Below are positions 38,352 to 51,110 of a DNA stretch of 64,000 bases, in pieces. The stretch is from Dendrobates tinctorius (lineage: Eukaryota): contig NW_027361711.1 of NCBI RefSeq assembly GCF_039654945.1, positions 1,240,001-1,304,000 on the forward strand, given 5' to 3'. The stretch's first letter is position 1. Each line of letters begins with the position of its first letter. A program made the position numbers and the translations under genes. A model generated the notes under the pieces. That model was not told the origin of the DNA, ran no database searches, and saw only the letters and a list, made by a program, of their open reading frames with translations.

Positions 38352-39042
38352 ATCAGACACATCTTGTTTCATTTATGAAGGAGGGACTCTGAAAATCACA
38401 AAGCCTATTTTTATAGGGCCATCAGGCGGCCTTTACTATTCTTAAAGGGCCAGCAGTCGGCCCTCACGATTCTTAGAAAGCCATCAGCTGGCTATGCTTT
38501 GTTGTTCCCATTATCAAACAGTGGGTCTCCTATACTGTTATTGTATATGCAGTAAGTGGCAGGGCTGCCCAAAATTTGGACGCACTCCAATACCCCTTTG
38601 AAGAGATGTACAGGAGGGCCTCCTGAAAACCATCTTCCCATTATTAGGAAGTGGTTCTACCATACTGTTTGCCTATGCAGTGAATGCAAGGGCTGCCAAA
38701 AATTTGGAGGCTCTCCAATGCCCTTTGGAAGACATGTGGAGGAGCTGGTCTCCTATACTTATAATGCCCGTGCACTAAGTGTATGGACTGACAAACATTT
38801 TCCCCTGGGGGGTATACATGAACATATTGTATGCCAATTTTTTTTACGGACATCATAAACACCCTTTAAAAAAAATTATGTGGGTGTTGCATCATGGACC
38901 ACGGTCACCCTAGTGATATGGTGGTGGAGGATGAGGAGAAGTAGGAGGACAACAGCAAGTAGCCAAAATCAGGAAGCGTATACCCATGTGTGGGTGTGAA
39001 GAGGTGCATGGGAATAGCCCTCCCAAAAAACTGGATTTGAGT

Positions 39043-41904
39043 TTATGTTACACTGCTATTATTCAGTAGTGTAGAGAGGTCTGGCCCAATGCACCCCTCT
39101 TTCATTTTTATAAGAGTCAGCCTGTCAGCATTTTCAGTTGACAGGCGGATGTGCTTATCAGTTATAATTCCACCAGCGGCACTAAAAACCCGCTCTGATA
39201 AAACGCTAGCGGCAGGGCAGGCCAGTACCTCCAAGGCGTATAGAGCCAGTTCATGCCATGTGTCCAGCTTGGATACCCAATAATTATAAGGCACAGATGA
39301 ATCACGGAGGACGTTTGTACAGTCAGCAAAGTACGCCCTCAGCATCTTCCCAAACTTTGCACTCCTTATGAGAATACCCCACTCCTCAGGGCCTGTGTGA
39401 TGTGAGGGACTGAGAAAACTCTGCCAGAACTTTGACAGTGTTGCGCTGCCTCTGTTGGATTGGAGTTGTCTCTCTCGCCTATACTTCTTGGTTGCCCAAC
39501 GAACTGTGACCTCTGTCGCCAGCGTTTTCAGTTGGGAATTTTTTAATAATTCCGCAACAAGGGAATTCTGGTACTGCCCCATTTTAGTAGACCTGTCCAC
39601 CTCGGGAATAAGAGACAGAAAGTTCTCCTTGTAGCGTGGGTCTAGAAGTGTCACCAACCACTAATGACTATCAACCAAAATTTGGAGAACTCAAGGGTCA
39701 CGGGAAAGGCAGCGTAGCGTACCATAAACTCAGTCATGTTTACCAGACTGCTAACAGGCAAGACTTCCGTGTCCTCACCAAGAAGGTGACTGACCATGCT
39801 CTCTTCCTCCTCCTCCCTGTCCTCAGGTCATGCATGCTTAACAGACGGTTGGACAGTTGTGCAGGTAATACTATCTATAGCGAAAGAAGTAGCTCCTCCT
39901 GTTCTTCCTCCTCTTTCTCATTGTCACCCACTCCATGTTGGAATGAGATGAGGCGGGGCTGTGTAAAATCACCCTGTATGGTTTCTTGCTCCATATGATT
40001 GTGCTTCCCCTGCAATGAACCCTCTTTGATTGTGAGCAGAGAGCATTTCAGAAGACAGAAAAGTGGGATGTGATGCTAATTATGGCGTCATCGCCGCTCA
40101 CCATCTTAGTGGAGTCCTCAAAGTTTTGGAGGATGGTACATATGTCTGACATCCATGTCCACTCCTGAGGTGTTGTGTGAAGTCTGAACTGAATACTGAC
40201 GGCTTTGTTGATGCTGGTCGTCAACAACTGCCCTCTTCTGCTCACAAATCCTTTTCAACATCTGCAATGTAGAGTTCCAAGGCGTGGGGACATCACACAT
40301 CAGTACGTAAGCTGGAAGCTGTAAACACTGCTGAAGCACGGCATGGGTGGCGGAAGCTGTAGCTGACTTTCTAAAATGGGCACACAGGCGGCGTACCTTG
40401 ACAAGCAGATCCAGCAGCTCCGGGTAGGTTTTGAGAAACCGTTGAACCACGAGGTTAAGCACATGGACCCGGCATGGTATGTGTGTGAGCTCTCCTTGCC
40501 TCAGAGCCACCACCAGGTTCTGGCCATTGTGACACCCAACCATGCCTGGCTGTAGGTTCAGCGGTGTCAGTCACAGATCTGCCTGCTCTATCAGAGCTGT
40601 CCACAACTCTTCAGCATTGTGTGGTTTGTCACCTAAGCATTAGCTTCAGCACAGCCTTTTGCCGCTTGGCTGAGGAAGTGCTGCAGTTCTTCCAGCTTGT
40701 GACTGATGTGGTCATTTCGGAGATGGAGGCTGAAGAGGAAGAGGATGAGGTGCAGAAGCTGTAGACTGTGGGAGCAACCCCGATTGTCATAGGGCCCGCA
40801 ATCCTCGGCATCAGGAGGAGGTGTTCGATTCCGAGGTCCGACTGGGTCCCTGCTTTCACTATGTTAATCTGAGATGTACCGTCCCTGCCCACAAGCACTT
40901 GTCCACATGTCTGTAGTTAGGTGGACTTTCCAAGTAACTGCATTGTTGAGGGCACGGCTAATGTTGCGAGACACATGCGGGGATGGCACACCGGGAGAAA
41001 TAGTGGCAGCTGGGGACTGAGTACCGAGGGACGGCCGCCGACATCAGATTGCAGAAAGCTTCCATCTCCACAAGCCGAAAAGGCAACATCTCGAGCACAA
41101 GCAGTCGTAAAATGTGTGAATTTAGTAGTGTGGCTTGTGGGGCGTTGGCTGTGTATTTGCGCTTGTGTTCCAAGGACTGGGGTATGGACAACTGAACGCT
41201 AGGCTGGGACGTGGACGTGCTTGATGATGGTGCTAGTTGAGTGTGTGCAACGACAGGTGCAGGGCAGGAGTCATCATCGCACGCACTATGGACAGGGGAT
41301 TGGCTTGCACGCACAACAGTGGAAGAAGCAGTGGTATCACCTGCAGACACTGTTCCTGGACCCTGTGGTTCAGCCCACAAAGTCAGGTGTTTTGGTGCCA
41401 TCTGACTGAGCATGCTGGTGGTGGTCAGGCTAGTAGTTTTGCTGCTGATGCTGATGCTGGCCTGGCAGGTGCTGCAAATGGCCTTTTGGGGTTATCGGCA
41501 GAGTCTTTAAAAAACAACCATACTCAGGAAGACCTAACAGTTGTACTGGCAACTTCCATCATATTGGTGTTACGGGGAACGGTTGCCTGTCTTCTGTCTG
41601 CGGCCACCACACTGCTTCTTCCTGCCTGCTGGGGTGCTACTCCTCCCTCCCCCTGTGTGCTGCTGTCCTCACTCTGCATGTCCTCCTGCCAGGGTGAGTC
41701 AGTTACTATATCATCCACCACCTCGTCTTCCATTTCCCCACCCTGGTGCTCCTGACTTTCTGGCAATTGTGTCTCATCATCGTCTACCTCTTGTGACACT
41801 TTCCCACCATCGCCTTTGTGTGAACGTGGCTGCTCAAATATTTGGGCATCGTTACATGCAATCTCCTCTTGCCCCGCTTCAAGTTGACTGGGCGAGAGGC
41901 CCAA
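39043..41904 (-). pseudogene. hAT (ZBED-like) transposase, disrupted
   Basis: HIPCRVHVLNLVV, DVPTPWNST, LLDPRYK, dimerisation domain PAASVLSERVFSAAG. Confidence 0.92.
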
Positions 41905-41959
41905 ATCTATAAAAGTGAACAGCTCTTCGGAGTATTTTGTCAGCTCTTCGGAGTATTTT

Positions 41960-42040
41960 TGTCAGATTCAAGTTATTTCCGTCACCATTGTGTGTTTTTC
42001 TGTCATTAAACGAGGGGTACCAACAATTTTGACCGTGTGT
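41960..42040. mobile_element. Tc1 TIR remnant (a similar remnant lies at ~14262-14297)
   Basis: TAAACGAGGGGTACCAACAATTTTGACCGTGTG-TA. Confidence 0.55.
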
Positions 42041-42044
42041 AAAT

Positions 42045-43269
42045 GAACTGTTAAGATCTATGGGCCGGACACTGACCTCCCTGAGAATCTGCCTCCAGAG
42101 CTTATTTTAAATTAAAGGGGGTGCTACCAGTGTGAAACATGTAATGGTTGGCAGTTCACTCTCCTGATCTACATGCCTCTCACTGGTAACTCCATTTAAA
42201 ATACATAGTAACATAGTTTTTAAAGTTGAAGGAAGACTTTAAGTCCATCTAGTTCAACCCATAGCCTAACATGTTGATCCAGAGCAATGCAAAAAAAAAC
42301 CATGTGGCACACACTAAGCTCCACATTGGGAAAAAAAATTCCTTCCCGACTCAACATATGCTAATCAGACTAGTTCCCTGGATCAACGCCCTATCAAGGA
42401 ATCTAGTATATATACCTTGTAACATTATATTTTCAAGAAAGGCCCTTCTTAAACTTTAGTAGTGATTCACTTCTTACAATATCATAGAGCAGAGTGTACC
42501 CCAAGATATAACCTGTCTTGGTATTGCAGACCCCCAGTGCTCTAATAACCTTGGTCGCTCTTCACTGCACCGGCTCCAGTTCAGCTGTCTTTCTTATACA
42601 CCGGAGACCAGAACTGTACACAGTATTGTAAGTGTGGTCGCACTATTGACTTGTGTAGAGGTAAAATTATGTTCTCCTCATGAGCATCTATGCCTCTTTT
42701 AATGCATCCCATTATTTTATTTGCCTTTGCAGCAGCTGCCTAACACTGGCCACTAAACGTGAGTTTGTGGTCCACCCATACACCCAGGTCTTTTTCAGTG
42801 ACAGTTTTACCCAGTGTTTTACAATTAAGCACCTAATTATACATCTTATTTCTTCTGCCCAAGTGCATGACCTTACATTTAGCCCCATTAAAGCTCATTT
42901 GCCATTTATCAGCCCAAGCTTCTAGTTTACATAAATCCTCCTGTAATATAAAATTGTCCTCTTCTGTATTGATTACCCTGCAGAGTTTAGAGTCATCTGC
43001 AAATATTGAAATTCTACTCTGTATGCCCCCTACAAGGTCATTAATAAATACATTAAAATGAATAAAATAAAATCTGGAAGCAGATTTTCAGGAAGATCTG
43101 TGTTTAGCCCACAGATCTTAACAGCTTATTAATACATTAGGAAAAATATGAATTTATTGGAAATAAGACATTATATCGCAGATTTCAAGATATCATTTTA
43201 TTCAACTTTCTATGACCTACATACCCATACTGATGGCTTAGGCTGGTTGCTCATACTGATATATTCCCT
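42045..43269. mobile_element. T2/Kolobok-type fold-back MITE interrupted by CR1
   Basis: Inverted CTGTTAAGATCT / AGATCTTAACAG on either side of the CR1, right end CCCCT-TTAA. Confidence 0.5.
42203..43058 (-). mobile_element. CR1 LINE 3' fragment
   Basis: FINDL...IFADDSKL...LQEDL...WADKWQMSFN..KCKVMHLG, with 3' end GGTTGAACTAGATGGAC...ACTATGTTACTATGT. Confidence 0.92.
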
Positions 43270-43718
43270 TTAAACAATTTTTTCTCTCAAATGTCAGTGT
43301 TTCAAGAGAAGACATAATTTTCCTGAATGGGTGGGTGCCTGTCTTATTTTAATGCTGCTCATTGTATAGGAAGCAGGGAAATGACTGAAAGGTTTTCTTT
43401 AAAACAGCAGTTTTTAAAATATAAAGCTCATCCATCTAAGTATTAATTTTTTTTTGTACTAAATCAACCTGATAATATAGTATTGCACTGCTAAATAAAA
43501 CCATAATTAATCTAATTCTTTGAAGCATGACTCTTCCATAAAATATTTGACAAATAATTGTACTGAGGACTTTGGAAAAACTGTTGGGTTGACTGATAAG
43601 ATATATATAGGTTATAGGATAATTTAGTCGTAAAGTTCTATTAATGGTTAATCTGTTTGCCTAAGGTATAATGTTCCATTATCATGATATTATTGATGAA
43701 ACACATATCATCTCCAAT

Positions 43719-45873
43719 CAGTGGCGTATCTAGGGGGGGCAGCCGGGGCAGTTGCCCCGGGCGCAGCCAGCAGGGGGGCGCAGTCGGGCCGCCTAATGCA
43801 GCGGTCCGCAGTGTCTCCCCTGGCGGCTGCGTTCTGCCGCCCCCCCCGGCCTGAGAGTCGGCGGTTCTCTGTGTCAGCTGTCAAGCTGACAGCCGGCGCA
43901 GAGAAGGAGGCCGTGCCGGCTCCCAGGGAGCAATTGTACTGTCGTCTATACAGACGCCTGTACAATTGAAGCTCTGACCGCCGGGCCAGAGCGATGTCAG
44001 CAGCGTGATCAGGTCATGTGATCACGCTGCTGACGTCACTCCCCGGCGCCCAGAGCAAACGCTGGTGGTAAGTGTGCTCCACTGTGGAGCTGAAGAACCA
44101 CCGAAGATGGGAGATGAGGGGGAGTTAATGAGTGGAGATGGGGGGGGGATTTGTAGAGGGGATGGCGGTTAATGTGTGGGGGTATTTAGAGTGGGGATGG
44201 GGGTTAATGAGTGGGGATGGGGGTTAATGTGTGGGGGGGTTAATGAGTGGGGATGCCATGGGGTTAATGTGTGGGGGGATTTGGAGTGGAGATGGGGGTT
44301 ATTTAATGTGATGGGGGTTAATGAGTGGGGGGGTTAATGAATGGGGATGGGGATTAATGTGTGGGGGCATCAATGAGTGGGGATGGGGGTTAATGTGTGT
44401 GGGGGTATTTGGAGTGCAGATGGTTATTTAATGTGTGGGGGGATTTGGAGTGGTGATGGGGTTAATGAGTGGGGATTGGGTTAATGTGCGCGGGGGTTAA
44501 TGAATGGGGATGGGGGTTAATATATGGGGGCGTTAATGAGTGGGGATGGGGGTTAATGTGTGTGGGGGTATTTGGAGTGCAGATGGTTATTTAATGTGTG
44601 GGGGGATTTGGAGTGGTGATGGGGTTAATGAGTGGGGATTGGGTTAATGTGCGCGGGGGTTAATGAATGGGGATGGGGGTTAATGTATGGGGGCGTTAAT
44701 GAGTGGGGTTGGGGTTAATGTGTGGGGGTATTTGGAGTGGGGGTGGGGGGATTTGGAGTGCTGATGGGGTTAATGAGTGGGGATTGGGTTAATGTGTGGG
44801 GGGATTTGGAGTGGGGATGGGGGGATTTAATGTGTGGGGAGATTTGAGGACACAAAATAAAGAGTATGTATGAGGAAACAGTATGGGGGATTGGTGCACA
44901 CAGTATGGGGAGCGAATGGGTTAATGTATGTGGATGGACACAGTATGGGGAGTCAGGGGTATGTGTGAGTAGACAGTATAGAGAGTGAGGGGGTAAATAT
45001 ATGAGGAGACAGTATGGTGAACAGGTGGGATGCTAGAGGGGAATAGTGTGAGGTGACAGTATATTGCAGATATTTGTATTTAGGGGCATTATAATGACAC
45101 TTCTATCTTTAAGGGCATCGTGTGGAGATTTGCTGCAGAAGACCGGAGAAGATGGAAGTCTGCAGAGACGAGATGTGGATGAGAAAACTCATCATGGGGT
45201 CTAGAAGAAAAGGTGACTGATTCCAGAGACGTCATCTATAAGGTACCTGGATGTAAATGTTATTTGTGATACTGACTAATTCTCATGTTTTTATTTGTTA
45301 GGAACATTAAAGGGGTTGTCCAGGTTTGTGCTGAGTCTGCAGTCATTCTATGTGACTGCAGACTTCTGAATTCTCACAGTGCTCACTGAACGCTGTCAGG
45401 ATTCTCTCGTGCCGGTAATTTACATACATGCGGTCACATGCTGACTAGACATGTGTGGCCTCACTCAATGAAAATGAACAGAGCGAGGCCGGGCACGTCT
45501 AGTCGGAATGTGGCCAGAAGTATATAAATCACATACTTGTGCTGACATGACGGTACATCAGCAAGGGAGAATCCTAAATGTGTGCAGTGCATTCATTGTG
45601 AGAATTCAGAAGCTGCAGTGTCAGGATTCAGCTCTGCAGGTTCCAGTGTCATCACATGGACACTTCACTCATATGCGATTTTCATAGGTATGGTCCTGTG
45701 ACAACGAGCTTCTCATCCTGCTTCTCTCAGTTTTTTACTGAACATTGAGAGCATTAGGAGGAGCAGCTCGTGGGTACATGGCTAAGTGTGCAAGTCGCAT
45801 ATGTACTTGGGCGGGGGGGGGGCGCCGAACCGAATTCTTGCCCCGGGTGCCAGAAAGCCTAGATACGCCTCTG
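43719..45873 (+). mobile_element. Non-autonomous hAT element with a G-rich array
   Basis: TIRs CAGTGGCGTATCTAGG / CCTAGATACGCCTCTG and exact 8-bp TSD TCTCCAAT. Confidence 0.93.
44115..44845 (+). repeat. G-rich minisatellite (GGGGTTAATG[A/T]GTGGGGAT)
   Basis: Dozens of G4-G6 runs, with a ~181-bp higher-order duplication. Confidence 0.9.
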
Positions 45874-46172
45874 TCTCCAATATTCAGTAAATTACGAAGG
45901 CTACACTAAGTACAGTAACAAGTACATGTGTCATGTTTTAACGTTAAAGGGATAGTCCCAAAATCACAATGTGGTCTTATAATAGTACAGTATATACAAA
46001 TATTTGTTAATTTGTGCCAATATTAACAATTTTTAAATCAGCCCCATTTTGAACTATCATCCCTTTTCCCCAAAGATGCCCCTTTAGGCTCTATTTACCC
46101 TCCAGTTGCCATTCAAATTGTCCCATAGTAGATCCAGTTAATGGTCAATCATGTGTAGCACAATGTCTCTCA

Positions 46173-46660
46173 GGCCTGTTTCACACATCCGTTTGTATCC
46201 TTCAGTCAAAATCCGCCGTTTTGCAAAAAAAAACGGATCCGCCATTTTTCTTGGCGGATCCGTTTTTTTCCCATTGAGTTGCATTACCGGCGGATCTTGA
46301 TGGATGGCCATCTGTTGGATCCGTTTTTTTGCGGATCCGCCAAAATTTTGACGTCCGCCTACATGCCCAAACAAACCATGCAACGTTTTTTCGGCCGGCA
46401 GGATCCGCACTTCTCACTGCGCATGCCCGAAAGACTTCACTCAGCTGGAAATTTAACCCTACACTCTGTTCTGGCGGGTGAAAAATGTTTCTCTCTCTCG
46501 CTCTCTCTCTCTCTCCTTCCCCAGGTAGCGGTTCCTTTAAAATTCATCCGTTAAAATAACGGTCCGGTGACAAACGTTGTGGTCAGTACAGGAACGGATC
46601 CGCTATCCGCCATTTTAGCGGATTTTGACTGACCAAAAAAACTGATGTGTGAAACAGGCC
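46173..46660. mobile_element. PIF/Harbinger MITE
   Basis: TIR GGCCTGTTTCACACATC, TSD TCA, CGGATCCG palindromes. Confidence 0.9.
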
Positions 46661-47334
46661 TCAGCTGACTTCTTGCTTTAGGATATGTCTAGGTATAGTT
46701 CATACCAGGAAGCAGCAGTATGCCTGTGTGCTGTTAACCAAAAGGATATACTGCAGGGGGGGTGAGAATAGACAAATACTAAAGGAGTGGGCTGAAAGAA
46801 AGATATTATAGACTGGGGCTCTGTATAAAGAAGCTGAGATTTGTTGAGTTTTGTTTGTTGCCTTGTGCAGAGAGACCAGTGATGTGAAACTGTCAATGCA
46901 GTTCTATTGATGTACATGGCAGATGATTATCTTTTGTCATAGAGAATTGAGCTCTACTATACCAGTTATGGAAAACCACACAGCAGATATACTGATGTAG
47001 ATGGCAGGAGATAAAATAGTACGCAGTAACAGAAAGTGAATTCTACATGTGGATTAGCTTGATAGTTTAGAGAGGTGTCTAGTCAGGAGCACACAGTAAA
47101 GGGATGGGTCTGCAAAACTGATAAGAAGCAGGGTGCTGCTGGGAAATGTAGTTTTAGCAGATAACAATAGGACAGCCCATTCAGCTAAGAGAAGATGGAT
47201 GCATTGAAGGAGGGCAGATATAGATTAAAAAAAGATACAAGGGTACAAGGAAACTTTATGTTGGGTTTAATCTGTATAATAATATGTAGGCATTTATTGT
47301 GCCTGCAATGATCCTCGGTCTACTGAACCACAGC

Positions 47335-47517
47335 AAGACCTGCTCTACCCTCTCCTGCTGTATCCTCCCCCATCCCTGTAGACTGTGAGCCCTCGCGGGC
47401 AGGGTCCCCTCTCCTTATGTACTTGTGTGTCCCTTGTCTTACACGTTTATTATACTTGTCTATATTTCCCCTTTTTACATGTAAAGCACCATGGAATAAA
47501 TGGCGCTATATAAATGC

Positions 47518-47549
<32 letters not shown>
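47335..47549 (+). mobile_element. L2-type LINE 3' end
   Basis: TAGACTGTGAGCCCTCGCGGGCAGGG...TGTAAAGCACCATGGAATAAATGGCGCT-(AAT)n. Confidence 0.75.
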
Positions 47550-47550
<1 letters not shown>

Positions 47551-48277
47551 TGTGATTTGAAAAAAATATTCTGGGAATAACCCTTTAATTATAGTTATCA
47601 ATATTTATGCCTATTTTAATTCATTTAATAATAAAACTAGAAAAAAAAGTAAGATGTGATGGTGACAAACATTAATCTCATCCTTTGAGCCCCCCATGCT
47701 ACAGATAGTCTGAGAGAAGGAGGTGATACGATAATGTAGTAAAATAACAAAAAGGACTTAAAGGGGCTTTCCCAAAATCACAAGTTATCATTTCACTACA
47801 TAATAGAGGCTAACTTGCTGATTTTTGGGGCTCCAGAACCACGAAAATATGGCTTACAGGAATATTTTGTGACTTTGGGAAAAACTACTTCAACATGACA
47901 CTACATGCATTATTTCTTTTTCTTTTTAGATGGTTTTCAAAAAATGCATTTCTATCTGTAGTCACATAAAAATAGTCTTTTTGTTATAAGAGGACCTAAC
48001 ATTTCCTAAAAAAAAACAGTGGTGACAGCCAATTTCATATATTTAAATGAGGAAGAAACTAAAGATTAAGTGGTACAAATAATTGAATTTATAAATGAAG
48101 TAATATATGGCAAAGTTATCTTATCTTTTTATAAGATGAGCTATAAGGTTTTCTCAATATTCATCTAGTATATAAAGTTTACTTAGGTAAAATCTATTTG
48201 GGACACCTTAATGTGTCTCTATATTACATTTAAAAGGTGTCATGATCTGAAGTGGATCTGACAGTTTTAAAAGCACA

Positions 48278-49397
48278 AAAAAAGAAAAAAGAAGCCAGAG
48301 ATGCTAAGGTTAGAACGCATAACATAAAGTGCATATGCACATAATATCTAACTGTATTCAAAATGAGATATTTAGCAAAAAAATTGATCAATTCAATTGA
48401 GCCACCCCGCCGCGCCAAGGCAATCTCATGTGGGGGGTCCTACTCTACGTTTTAATAAACTGTGCCATTACGGCCTCCTAGATAAATTAAAAGCAAGACC
48501 ACTTTAAGTGCAATCCGTACCCGAGCATTTCTGGATCGCTCCCATGATGCCAGAAAAAGCAAGTGCGAATGAAGGCCAACCAGGTCTGAATGCAGACATG
48601 TCAGGTTTAGCTTCCACACATTGCCTGAGCAGCAAGCATAGATGAAGGGCAATGCAGGTTCAGATACAGGTGCACAATTAAATAAAGCTTGGGGTAGGGC
48701 AGGGCTGCTGTGTGTGTGTGCACAGCAGCCTAGATCCATCACAGTGAACACAGAAAAAATGGCGAACATAACCCAGCGCGCACGGCAACAATGGTGGTCA
48801 GCGCATGTTATGCGTTCTAACCTTAGCATCGCTGGCTTCTTTTTTCTTTTTTTGTATATTGGTATGTGGCTGACCACCACTGTTGCCGTGCGCGCTGGGT
48901 TATGTTCGCCATTTTTTCTGTGTTCACTGTGATGGATCTAGGCTGCTGTGCACACACACACAGCAGCCCTGCCCTGCCCCAAGCTTTATTTAATTGTGCA
49001 CCTGTATCTGAACCTGCATTGCCCTTCATCTATTCTTGCTGGTCAGGCAATGTGTGGAAGCTAAACCTGACATGTCTGCATTCAGACCTGGTTGGCCTTC
49101 ATTCGCACTTGCTTTTTCTGGCATCATGGGAGCGATCCAGAAATGCTCAGGTACGGATTGCACTTAAAGTGGTCTTGCTTTTAATGAATCTAGGAGGCCG
49201 TAATGGCACAGTGTTTATTAAAAATGTAGAGTAGGACCCCCCACATGAGATTGCCTTGGCGCGGCGGGGTGGCTCAATTGAATTGATCAATTTTTTTGCT
49301 AAATATCTCATTTTGAATACAGTTAGATATTATGTGCATATGCACTTTATGTTATGCGTTCTAACCTTAGCATCGCTGGCTTCTTTTTTCTTTTTTT
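48278..49397. mobile_element. Non-coding PLE/retrozyme-like inverted insertion (544-nt unit)
   Basis: Arms 48278-48802 and 48869-49397. The spacer holds an extra copy of the unit's 3' end. TSD TTTTAAAAGCACA. Confidence 0.8.
49227..49311 (+). ncRNA. Candidate HDV-like double-pseudoknot RNA, family 1 (mirror copy 48363-48447 on minus)
   Basis: P2 ATGAGAT/ATCTCAT, P3 GCC/GGC with loop TTGGCGC, P1' GGGGTGG, P4 AATTGATCAATT, J4/2 CTAAAT. Confidence 0.5.
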
Positions 49398-50829
49398 TTT
49401 TAAAAGCACAGGGTGAACTTTTTTTACTTTGGCAAGTGCCAAGTGACTTGACTGTCCCCGGTGGTGGTTAGTGGAATCGCACTTTAGGTTTAATGTGCAC
49501 GTAATTATGAATCAGGTGTGGGGCTCTATAAGTGAGTCTCAGGGTGTGCAATCACTGCTGGTGATATTGATTCATTCTGAGTTTATGAAGCCTGGGTGAA
49601 CATGGAGCTGAAGAGGAGTCCTGCGCAGTCAGCCAGAGGAGACGAGTGGCAGCTAATGGTGTCTGCAGGAATTGCTGGCATGGTGTGGAGGAGTCGCAGT
49701 TTATGGTGTCGGCGGGAAGTGCGTGCATGGCTTTGTGGAGTGGCGACTATGGAGAGAGTTGCACTCGGCATGCTCGACTTGGTGGCCGAGAGCTGGACTC
49801 AAGCATGCTTAGAATTTTGGCAGAGGCTGACTCATCCTTGGGACTCTGTTATTGGACTGCTGCAACTGGAGATGGACTCTGCTCCAAGGCTGCACTATGG
49901 TGTAGGATCCAGGATGGTGATGGATCTGGGTGGAGGAGAAGACGCACACAGGTGGTGGGGCTCTGTTGCAGGAGCATAAGCACAGAGCATAAAGCTAAGT
50001 GGTGTTTCCCCTGTATTGTCTTCTTTCCTTTTGTGTCTCTAGTGCAGTGGTGGGATTAGTCTCCGCACTGACCAATTCCCTAGTGAGGGTTTAGGGTCAG
50101 GGCGAGCAAGGGTTTAAGGTTCGCGTGCGGCGACAGGTGCGGAGCCTGTATAGGGAATGTGAGGAAGTGCAGGGACACTGCCTCAGGGGAGTGCAGGAGG
50201 TCTCCATGTCCCCATTCCCTATCGCAGGGCCCACCATTGTTAATGTTTCCCAGGTTCCCCTTATTATTTAAATTAGCCACTGGAGGCGCTGTATCCAGGG
50301 TCACGTGTGTTATGGGTCCGCCTTGTGGTATCATCTGCGTCCACACACACGTGACCATGACAAAAGGAACCTTGCAGATGATACATGCTGTCTGATCCAC
50401 AGACAGCATGTATCAGTCGCTGATTTCAGCCATGTATGTTTGACTCTGAAATGTTCCAGTGTGACAAAGAAAAATATACTTTAATAGCCGCCAGGGACCA
50501 AACTGCATGAGAGACTAGTCGGAAAGGGGGATCCCCAGTGGCTTCGTCTCATCTGCTGCCAGTGAATCACAGGGAACTAGGTGGGAGAAGTTGCCGGGGA
50601 CAAGTCTTTCTGACTAGTCACTCGTGCAGCTTGGTCACCTGCAGATTTCAAAGTATGTTTTATAAGCAAGATTTTAGCGTAACCTCTAAGTCAGCATAAA
50701 GTGAGAATTCTGAGGTTAGTTTGGTGAAATCAAACATATACCTTTAGACTGCATTCACACTTTAAGGCTGCAGTGCATTTTGCCACTATCATGGGACTTT
50801 TTGACAATCATTGCAACAAAAACCACACC

Positions 50830-51110
50830 GTACTATGGATCTTAAGCAGAGGCAGGAGTGGCCCCTAAATCTGATGAGAAGGATACAAAAATGATGAGCA
50901 TCTCCAAATTAATGTACCAGATCCAGACACATCCCATACTTATAAAATATATAGACATTAACTTGTTGAATAAAGAAATATCTAAGTTAATATGCAGAGG
51001 CAAAATACCTTGTATTAACCTCAGAAAATTGATAACCATGAAAACTTGGGGATGAATGAATACAATATTGCATGTTTAAAGAATCTAGTATAGACTGTAG
51101 GTGGTGCTAG
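50830..51110 (+). pseudogene. L1 ORF2 fragment (post-RT region)
   Basis: KMMSISKLMYQIQTHPI...LNKEISKLICRGKIPCI...KTWG resembles the KM..LPKLLY.FQTLPI...FIW.GK.PRI...GG pattern. Confidence 0.6.

Larger units (their letters stand above)
32296..41940 (-). mobile_element. hAT transposon (formerly autonomous) hosting provirus 2, far end lost
   Basis: TIR TAGTGATGGGCGAGCA at 32296 with GCTCG subterminal motifs. Host sequence is continuous across the ATCAG TSD. Transposase remnant present. Confidence 0.75.
45948..47584. mobile_element. T2/Kolobok-type non-autonomous element hosting a MITE and an L2 tail
   Basis: TTAA-AGGGATAGTCCCA...TGGGAATAACCCT-TTAA. Confidence 0.65.
48238..50362 (+). mobile_element. 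Solo LTR interrupted by a palindromic insertion
   Basis: TGTCATG...CATGACA, TSD AAAGG, homologous to 26917-27821. Confidence 0.88.

Noticed and set aside
49245-49290. SECIS element (ATGA...TGA)
   Set aside because: There is no apical AA at the right spacing, and ATGA is not conserved in the second family.
48230-49471. Pairs of identical ORFs on opposite strands
   Set aside because: They are a by-product of the inverted repeat and have no recognisable protein motif.
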